Part shown: one piece after another, positions 7,699 to 13,960 of the stretch
Numbering within the stretch: the first letter of the stretch is position 1
Layout of the letters: each line of letters opens with the position of its first letter
Assembly (NCBI GenBank): GCA_044352465.1
Contig: JBILDU010000071.1
Span: forward strand, 1 to 16,435
Length of the DNA: 16,435 nucleotides
Direction: 5' to 3'
Source: Bdellovibrionota bacterium
GTDB lineage: Bacteria; Bdellovibrionota_C; UBA2361
Translations under genes and position numbers: made by a program
Notes under the pieces: model-generated
What the model saw: only the letters and a program-made list of their open reading frames with translations
What the model was told of the DNA's origin: nothing
Databases searched by the model: none

Positions 7699-8385
7699 GT
7701 GAAGAACTATACGGTTGAGCTAAAGAAGCGCTCTGCTTTAGGAACTGCCAACAGCAAGCGGCTCCGAGCCGAGGGGTTCGTTCCTTCGGTGGTGTATGCG
7801 CATGATCAGGCCTCGGTGCCGGTCCTTCTTTCGGGTCTCGACTTTTTCAAGCAGGCCGAGACGGCGAGAATTTCCCAGATTTTTACCTTGAAAAGCGATG
7901 ATGGCGCGATCGATGGTCGTCCCGCGCTGGTCAAGGAGATTCAGCGTTGCCACCTCTCAGGGAAGCTCCTTCACGTTGATTTTCTCGCTCTTCGCGAGGA
8001 TGAGGAAGTCACTGTTGAGGTTCCGGTTGAGTTTAAGGGCGAGGCTATCGGCGTTAAGTCCGACGGCGGTATTCTCTCTATCGTTGCTCACGAGATCGCG
8101 GTTATCTGTTTGCCGAAGAACATTCCCGCGGTCGTGTCTGTCGACGTTTCGGCGCTCAAGATCGGTCAGAGCATCCACGCGGGTGATATCGCATTGCCAG
8201 CGGATGTTCGTCTCGGCGGCGACGTTGATGAGACCGTGGTGAGCGTTGTGGCGGTACGTCAGGTTGAGGATGCTGCGGCTGCGGCGCCTGGTGCTGCTCC
8301 GGCTGAAGGTGCGGCTGCTCCGGCGGCGGCTGCTCCGGCGGCGGGCGAGGAGAAGAAGGAAGCCGCTCCTGCGAAGAAGAAGTAG
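7699..8385 (+). CDS. rplY: 50S ribosomal protein L25 / general stress protein Ctc (long form)
   Basis: GAGGT SD at 7687-7691, GTG 7699; R..LG.ANSKRLRAEGFVPSVVY, LVKEIQR..LSGKLLHVDF, VPVEFKGEAIGVK.DGG, LPKNIP....VDVSALKIGQSIH; between prs and pth. Confidence 0.94.
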   Translation: MKNYTVELKKRSALGTANSKRLRAEGFVPSVVYAHDQASVPVLLSGLDFFKQAETARISQIFTLKSDDGAIDGRPALVKEIQRCHLSGKLLHVDFLALREDEEVTVEVPVEFKGEAIGVKSDGGILSIVAHEIAVICLPKNIPAVVSVDVSALKIGQSIHAGDIALPADVRLGGDVDETVVSVVAVRQVEDAAAAAPGAAPAEGAAAPAAAAPAAGEEKKEAAPAKKK

Positions 8386-8424
8386 GGTTTCGTTTGCGGT
8401 GTCAGGCGTAGCCGGGGGTAACTC

Positions 8425-9027
8425 ATGGTGAATGCCGCCACCGCAGACGGGGTGCAGATCGTCGTTGGGCTTGGTAACCCCGGCTCCGCGTACGACGGCA
8501 CCCGACATAATGTAGGGTTTGCGCTCCTGGATATGATTTGCAGGAGCGGTTGGCGCGAGAAAGGTAAAGCTCTTCTCGGCGAGGCGGTGGTAGCGGGTAG
8601 AAACGCTATCCTCATCAAGCCTCAGACCTTTATGAACTTGAGTGGTGAGGCGGTTCAGCCTGTTGCTCATTTTCACAAGGTTCCGTCCAGCTCGATCGTG
8701 GTGGTTCACGACGATATCGACCTACCACTCGGGGCTGTTCGCCTCAAGCAGGGGGGCGGTGACGGTGGGCATAACGGTCTGAAGTCGGTGACCCAGCATG
8801 TCGGGGCGGACTATGTCAGGCTAAGGCTCGGCGTAGGGCGTCCGGTGGCGGCGGCGACTGAGGGTGGTGGCTCACAGGGGCCTCGGGATGTCGCCGATTG
8901 GGTTTTGGCTCGATTTGATAGGGCCGAGTTGGTGGTAGTTGACGAGCAACTAAAGCGCGCAGTCGAAGCGCTAGAGGTGCTTGGGAACGATGGGCTTAAG
9001 AAAGCTCAAAATAGATTTAACCGGTAA
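8425..9027 (+). CDS. pth: Peptidyl-tRNA hydrolase
   Basis: VGLGNPG, TRHNVGF, KPQTFMNLSG, VHDDIDLP.G, GG.GGHNGLKS, RLRLGVGRP. Alternative start GTG 8452. Confidence 0.96.
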   Translation: MVNAATADGVQIVVGLGNPGSAYDGTRHNVGFALLDMICRSGWREKGKALLGEAVVAGRNAILIKPQTFMNLSGEAVQPVAHFHKVPSSSIVVVHDDIDLPLGAVRLKQGGGDGGHNGLKSVTQHVGADYVRLRLGVGRPVAAATEGGGSQGPRDVADWVLARFDRAELVVVDEQLKRAVEALEVLGNDGLKKAQNRFNR

Positions 9028-9031
9028 GTTT

Positions 9032-9086
9032 TTAGCTCCGGTGCGCGTTGTCCCCGTAACGGGTTGGCGCTGATAACCGGAGTTAA
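9032..9086 (+). promoter_or_regulatory. Long stem-loop between pth and rpsF (candidate leader or processing structure)
   Basis: Outer 11-bp stem TTAGCTCCGGT/ACCGGAGTTAA (one G-U), inner GCGC/GCGC, apical CCCG-TAA-CGGG. Confidence 0.5.
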
Positions 9087-9125
9087 GAGAGATTTTTTTG
9101 ACGAGTTGGTGAGGCAGAGAAAAAC

Positions 9126-9500
9126 ATGCGGAAGTACGAAACGGTGATGGTGCTCAACCCGAACTTAGGTGAAGCCCAGGTGAAAGATGAGGCAGCGAAG
9201 GTCCAGAAGCTCCTTGAGACGAATGGGGCGCAGGAGATCTCCAACTCCATCTGGGGCAAGAAGGAGATCGCCTATCCGATGAAGAAGAATAAGTTCGGAA
9301 CGTTTGTTTCTTTCAACTACCGGGCGCCGAGTGAGGGGTGTGTGGACACTCTGACCAACGTTCTCCGGATCAGCGAGCCGGTTCTGAAGTTCCAAACTCA
9401 CAAGATCAATGAGCGGGTGCGCAAGTTCCGCGGTAACCCGAAGCGCAAGGCCCCCGCGGGTGGTGATGAGTTCAGCGATTCAGCTGACTCAGAGTTTTAA
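9126..9500 (+). CDS. rpsF: 30S ribosomal protein S6
   Basis: MRKYETVMVLNPNL, WGKKEIAYPMKK...G, LRISEPVLKF; GAGG upstream; usual position after pth. Confidence 0.93.
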   Translation: MRKYETVMVLNPNLGEAQVKDEAAKVQKLLETNGAQEISNSIWGKKEIAYPMKKNKFGTFVSFNYRAPSEGCVDTLTNVLRISEPVLKFQTHKINERVRKFRGNPKRKAPAGGDEFSDSADSEF

Positions 9501-9537
9501 GGTTTAATTTTTACAGTAGCGAGCTACGGAGCGACCG

Positions 9538-10095
9538 ATGAACGTTATTTTGCAATCCGATTTTCCCTCGTTGGGTTACGTGGGCGACCTTGTGGCGGTA
9601 AAGCCTGGGTATGCTCGAAACTATCTGATCCCCCGCGGTGTTGCGGTGGAGGCATCTTCGGCTAATGCCCGGCTGTTGAAACATCGCATGGATGGAATCA
9701 ACGCGAAGAAGATGAAGCTTAAGGTCGAGGCTGAGGCTCTCGCTGCGCGGATGAGCGTGGTAACCCTTGAGTTCATGATCAAGATGGGCGGTGGTGGACG
9801 AAGCTTCGGAGCTATCACCGTTAAGGATATCGATGCTGCGATGAAGGCCAAAGGCTTTGAACTCGACAAGAAGCAGTTCAAGCTGCTTGAGCCGTTCCGA
9901 AAGCCGGGCGAGTACAAGGTCAATATTAAGCTTCACTCCGAGGTCACTGCGGTGGTAGCTGCCAAGGTTGTGGCGGAAGCCGTCGAGAAAAAGGCTGCGG
10001 AGGAGGGTGAGGTAAAGCCCAAGAAGAGCCGCAAAGCTGAGGCTGCACCTGCTGTAGAGGCTGCCGCTGAGCAGGCCGAACCCGCCGCTGAATAG
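9538..10095 (+). CDS. rplI: 50S ribosomal protein L9 with Ala/Glu/Lys-rich C-terminal extension
   Basis: MNVILQSDFPSLGYVGDLVAVKPGYARNYLIPRG, FGAITVKDI, GEYKVNIKLHSEV; GGAG SD upstream. Confidence 0.96.
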   Translation: MNVILQSDFPSLGYVGDLVAVKPGYARNYLIPRGVAVEASSANARLLKHRMDGINAKKMKLKVEAEALAARMSVVTLEFMIKMGGGGRSFGAITVKDIDAAMKAKGFELDKKQFKLLEPFRKPGEYKVNIKLHSEVTAVVAAKVVAEAVEKKAAEEGEVKPKKSRKAEAAPAVEAAAEQAEPAAE

Positions 10096-10116
10096 GGAGA
10101 GGGTTTCGGTGTAACA

Positions 10117-10157
10117 AGAGGCCGTGGCGAATAGAAATCGCCCGGCCTTTTTTTTTT
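10117..10157 (+). terminator. Rho-independent terminator of the ribosomal-protein operon
   Basis: AGGCCG-t-GGCGA-atagaaa-TCGCC-CGGCCT stem with one bulge, running into T10 (10148-10157). Confidence 0.85.
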
Positions 10158-10231
10158 GCTGGCGGGTTTTTTTTGCTGGCGGGTTTTTTTTGCTGGCGGG
10201 TTTTTTTGCTGGCGGGGCCTTCTTGCTGGCG
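10148..10231 (+). repeat. Tandem repeat (T7-10)GCTGGCGGG x4 plus a degenerate fifth copy
   Basis: GCTGGCGGG at 10158, 10175, 10192 and 10208, preceded by T10, T8, T8 and T7; TTCTT-GCTGGCG ends at 10231. Confidence 0.9.
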
Positions 10232-10247
10232 AAAGGGGTAATGGTTT

Positions 10248-10287
10248 TTAGCCCCGCTTCGCTCGTGTTGTTAGCCCCGCTTCGCTC
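10248..10287 (+). repeat. 17-bp direct repeat TTAGCCCCGCTTCGCTC x2 (period 23)
   Basis: Exact copies at 10248-10264 and 10271-10287. Confidence 0.85.
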
Positions 10288-10356
10288 TTGTTACCGGCAG
10301 TTCGAATTGGTTTGATGATGGGCGACGTTTTTTCGGGAAAGGGAAGGGAGTAACGG

Positions 10357-11214
10357 GTGTTTTCGAGACATAACCTTTTTTATATCGGACTCGTCGCCCT
10401 GTTTGCAGTCTCTTTTGTGACTCCAATCGTGCTCGGAACGCGGCTCGCGGGGGTCCACGAGGCCCCACCTGAAAGACCGGCCGATCCGACATTTCCGAAC
10501 TCGAAGCTCGTTGCCGGTCGAGCCGATGCGGTTGCGATAACCCATTCAGCGGTCCTAGAGCCCGTGGTGGGGGAGGATTTTCTGGTGGTTGGGTGGTTCA
10601 GGCCGCGAGTCTTTCCCCGGGACGGGCAACGGATGATCCTTTTTTCAAAGTATTCGTCAGCCGAACATCTTGGAGCTGGTTATGCCCTCGCTCTGGAGGG
10701 TGAGAACGGGGCGCTGCGACCGGCCGTCTATTGGCGCGATAGCGCTGATAACGGTCGGTGGCTCCACTTTTCCGAGCTACCTGACGTGCCGCGTGATTGG
10801 TTTATGTTGGCGCTTAGTCTCAGTGGGGGAAAGTATCTTGGTGTCCACGGTGCGTTTACGCAGGCGGACGGGTCCAAACCTTACCGAGTTCTGCTCGGCG
10901 GATACGATGTCCATGCGATACAACTACCCCGGAGCGCCGCGCCACTTACCATCGGTTGGGGAGGAACCCGCCGATTCGCTGGTCGCCTCGGTCCGTTTGG
11001 AGTTTTCTCACTGGCGAATTTTTCCGGTGACTTTGATCGACTGTTGAAAGATATCTCGCGCAATCCTCTCGAAGGCGCCGACTTCGTGGATGACGATGAG
11101 GTCAAGTTCTGGAGCCTCGATCTTGAGAGCGATCTCGGCCCGAATCGGCTCGAGATTCGTCGGCTCGATGTCAGCCGTTCTCAAGGTGGAGAGTCCGATG
11201 ATGCTGGATCGTGA
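10357..11214 (+). CDS. Hypothetical exported or membrane-anchored protein with probable LamG/concanavalin A-like jellyroll domain
   Basis: GGGAG SD then GTG; N-terminal hydrophobic segment LFYIGLVALFAVSFVTPIVLG. The pattern DFLVVGWFRP...MILFSKY...GYALAL...DWFMLALSL...PLTIGWGG..RFAGRLGPFGVFS resembles Laminin_G_3 (FT...W.KP / W.HVA / L.IG / F.G.ID....Y). Recognised by eye only. Confidence 0.65.
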   Translation: MFSRHNLFYIGLVALFAVSFVTPIVLGTRLAGVHEAPPERPADPTFPNSKLVAGRADAVAITHSAVLEPVVGEDFLVVGWFRPRVFPRDGQRMILFSKYSSAEHLGAGYALALEGENGALRPAVYWRDSADNGRWLHFSELPDVPRDWFMLALSLSGGKYLGVHGAFTQADGSKPYRVLLGGYDVHAIQLPRSAAPLTIGWGGTRRFAGRLGPFGVFSLANFSGDFDRLLKDISRNPLEGADFVDDDEVKFWSLDLESDLGPNRLEIRRLDVSRSQGGESDDAGS

Positions 11215-13051
11215 GCGGGGCATGTCTGCGCGCGCAGCTTTATCTGTCTGGGTGCGTCTCGGTTGGTTAGTCTGTTTTGTCCTCGCCCTCCTGAGGCTCT
11301 CTCCGTCTGCGCTCGCTGTTTCTCTCCTTGGTGGAGGAGTTGCGGTCGGGTTGTTTTTTCTGCGGGCGCGGGGGGCCTTGTGGTGCTTTTTAGGCCTCAG
11401 CACTCTCCTGGTCCCGATAGCCGGTGACGGTGCACTCTTAGCGCTCGCATTCCTCGTCTTAGCTCTCGCTGGTCAGGGCGAGATGTATCCACAATTCGCT
11501 CGTCCCTTTTTGCTCGTCGTGGTGGCGAACCTCATCGGTGCTTTGGTTGTCACCGTCTTGGTCTTCCACGGGGGGTATTTCGGGGGTGGGGGGATCTCCA
11601 ACGCGTTTGAAGTTGTCCGTGCCTCCGCACGAGGGCTTGCGCGGGCTCTCTCTGGGTTCCTACATGTCGTTGGTTTGGTGGGTATATTTTCAGCGCTGAA
11701 AGCCGATGAGAGCGCGCGCCGTGACATGCTCTACGGTATCGCTGGGGGTGCGGTTCTCTCCCTCGCACTGATCCTTGGCTCACTTTTCATCCCCGAATTG
11801 ATAACGTTACCGAATACGAACGATTTTTGGCGCTCGCTAAAGCGGCATCCCGGAACGTTTACCGACCCGAACGCTTTCGGTGTGGCGGCGGTGCTTCTCG
11901 TTGCACTCCTTCTTGAAATGCGGGTCAGAACCGGCCACAAGATGTTCGCGGGTGCGCTCGCGCTCCTGGCATTTGGTTGGGCGGTGGTGCCCCTGGTGAG
12001 CGGCTCACGCTCGTTTTTTATCGGAGTTGGGGCGCTGGCGGCCCTCGGGATTTTCAGCTATTCCCGGCGGCTTTTCGCGTTGATTGTTTGTCTCGTTGGG
12101 GTGGGGATCGGTCTTCTCCAGTCGGTGGTGCTGCCGCTTGAGGGACTCCCGGTAGGGCTCGAGCGTCTCCTTCAATCGCTTCAACTCGACCGGGTTGGAG
12201 AGAGTTTTTACAGTCGGGCGGTATTTTGGCGGATCGGTGGAGAGATCTTCGGTGATCATCCTTGGTATGGGGTCGGACTCGGAGCTTTTCCGGCCTTTGT
12301 CGAACCGTACGCCCATCGGCTGGGCATACCTCTCCATGGGTGGATCGATAATGCCAACAGCTATTATCTAGGGATACTCGCCGAGCTAGGATTGATAGGT
12401 GGGCTCGCATGGCTTATCTCGGCAGCGGGGTTGCGCTGGGATGTTGATGGACCTCACGGCGTTTGGTGTCGGCGGGGAGTCCTGGCGCTTCTGATAATGC
12501 TCGTGGTTGGTCCACACCTCGATTTCGATGAGGTGACCGTCCTCGGAGCGGTATGTTTTGCTGGGGCGCTCGGTGTTCCTCGGTGGGCTAGCAGTAAAGG
12601 GGCGGGTGGCTCGGCGGTCTTACGGGGAATCGTCGGTCTCCTGGTTGTGAGTGGAGTCCTCGTGAGTCACTTTGCGGGGGAGCGCGGCGTCTACCCGATG
12701 GAGCGTGACGCCGAGGGGCGCTATCGGTGGACCACTCCTCGGGCTGTCGTTAGGGTCCCGTGCCGAGGTGGTGAGGCCGTGCTCGTGCTTCGGGGGGTGC
12801 ATCCCGATATCGCCCGAAACCCCTTGGATGTTACGATTAAGTCGCCGAGCGGCAGTATCGAGACCTCTCTTACCTCTGCTGCGGTGAGCAGCTTCACACT
12901 ACCCTGCGGGCCGAAGGGTTCGCCTCAATGGACAACCCCGTCCTCAATACCGCTCAATCTCGTAATCTCGCGAGGTTGGATCCCATCCCGGGCGCTCGGT
13001 GGCGGCGATCATCGCCTTTTGGGTGTTCAAGTGCGGGAGCTGGAACCGTAG
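11198..13051 (+). CDS. O-antigen ligase family (Wzy_C / WaaL-like) polytopic membrane protein with extra C-terminal soluble domain
   Basis: Many hydrophobic helices; GTFTDPNAFG, SGSRS, R...W....IFGDHPWYGVGLGAF, NSYYLGILAELGLIG. Start placed at ATG 11198 after GGAG, overlapping the upstream gene by 17 bp. Confidence 0.85.
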   Translation: MMLDRERGMSARAALSVWVRLGWLVCFVLALLRLSPSALAVSLLGGGVAVGLFFLRARGALWCFLGLSTLLVPIAGDGALLALAFLVLALAGQGEMYPQFARPFLLVVVANLIGALVVTVLVFHGGYFGGGGISNAFEVVRASARGLARALSGFLHVVGLVGIFSALKADESARRDMLYGIAGGAVLSLALILGSLFIPELITLPNTNDFWRSLKRHPGTFTDPNAFGVAAVLLVALLLEMRVRTGHKMFAGALALLAFGWAVVPLVSGSRSFFIGVGALAALGIFSYSRRLFALIVCLVGVGIGLLQSVVLPLEGLPVGLERLLQSLQLDRVGESFYSRAVFWRIGGEIFGDHPWYGVGLGAFPAFVEPYAHRLGIPLHGWIDNANSYYLGILAELGLIGGLAWLISAAGLRWDVDGPHGVWCRRGVLALLIMLVVGPHLDFDEVTVLGAVCFAGALGVPRWASSKGAGGSAVLRGIVGLLVVSGVLVSHFAGERGVYPMERDAEGRYRWTTPRAVVRVPCRGGEAVLVLRGVHPDIARNPLDVTIKSPSGSIETSLTSAAVSSFTLPCGPKGSPQWTTPSSIPLNLVISRGWIPSRALGGGDHRLLGVQVRELEP

Positions 13052-13240
13052 GGTGCTTTGCCCCTCCAAGCCTAAGATTTTTTATGAGGCATTCAGGTCA
13101 CCTCAAAGAAGATATCGCCATAACTCTTTATGAAACGCTTGCTCATAGGGGGGAGGAAGTTGTTCGACGAGTGGACTCGATGGCGCGTTTTTGGAGGGGC
13201 TTAACTCGTTTCTTAGCTTGAAACGGAGGGAGAGACCCAC

Positions 13241-13927
13241 ATGGGGAGCGATACTCGGATAACCGTTACCATTCGATTCCACGATGTCGCGTGGGCCAAA
13301 GTTCTCGATGTACTCATCGCCCGGTTTAAACTCGACTTTTTTACAGCGGATTCTCAGCTCCGCCGATTCTTTAAGAGTTTTCACCTCCTCCTGAACCTGC
13401 GATGGTTTCGTTCCCACAAGCTCGATCCTCTGGATAACGCCATCGCTGTGGCGTTGTGTGAGGTCTACTCCGCCGATACGGTTGTACTTGAGCACCACCG
13501 GCCTCTCCCGCTCGGCTCCCTCAAGTGCAGCTATCGGCTCCTGCTTTCCTTAAGTCCGCGTTTGTCTCGAGATGAATCAAAGGAGGATGGTCGCCAGTCG
13601 GGGCGAATCGAACTGAGCGGTTTCGGAAAAACGCTGGCGCTTACCTCTTTTGGGCAGATCTGTGGAGCCCATACGATCCTTCTCGTGACCGGGTTACTCT
13701 CGTACATCGTCCTGTCGTTCATGTTGCTCTACGGCGTTAGCGTTTTGTGGCAACTCCACCTTTCTCCAGCTGAGACGATCATCGCCGGAACTCAGCGCCT
13801 CGATATCGGAATCGCTCTTTTAGCGACCCTTGTCGGGATCGCCGGAATTTTTGGTCGAGCTATCGCGAACGTTTTTCAGCTCCTTCGTCGCTGCTGCCGG
13901 CCCTCACGCGTTGCCGTTGGCCGTTAG
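13241..13927 (+). CDS. Hypothetical membrane protein (soluble N-terminus, two C-terminal TM helices)
   Basis: 228-aa ORF with GGAGGGAG SD, co-oriented with its neighbours and filling the gap. Hydrophobic segments ILLVTGLLSYIVLSFMLLYGVSVLW and IGIALLATLVGIAGIFGRAIANVF, with an Arg-rich tail. No family recognised. Confidence 0.6.
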   Translation: MGSDTRITVTIRFHDVAWAKVLDVLIARFKLDFFTADSQLRRFFKSFHLLLNLRWFRSHKLDPLDNAIAVALCEVYSADTVVLEHHRPLPLGSLKCSYRLLLSLSPRLSRDESKEDGRQSGRIELSGFGKTLALTSFGQICGAHTILLVTGLLSYIVLSFMLLYGVSVLWQLHLSPAETIIAGTQRLDIGIALLATLVGIAGIFGRAIANVFQLLRRCCRPSRVAVGR

Positions 13928-13954
13928 ACACGCCCCGATTCAGCGTGATATAAC
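13925..13954 (+). promoter_or_regulatory. Putative promoter giving a leaderless ispH transcript
   Basis: TAGACA (13925-13930), 18 nt, TATAAC (13949-13954) with extended -10 TG at 13946-13947; ATG 13961 sits at the expected +1. Confidence 0.55.
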
Positions 13955-13960
13955 GCCCCC

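Noticed and set aside
7957..8709. 250-aa minus-strand ORF and similar antisense ORFs over mcm, prs, rplI, ispH and the kinase
   Set aside because: Shadow frames of well-supported genes with biased codon usage.
10148..10287. Repeats as a possible CRISPR array
   Set aside because: Units are 16-17 bp in direct tandem with no unique spacers, and there are no cas genes.
13103..13498. 131-aa minus-strand ORF as the real gene in this gap
   Set aside because: It is antisense to a longer plus-strand ORF that has a strong SD, TM helices and the same orientation as its neighbours; not fully excluded.
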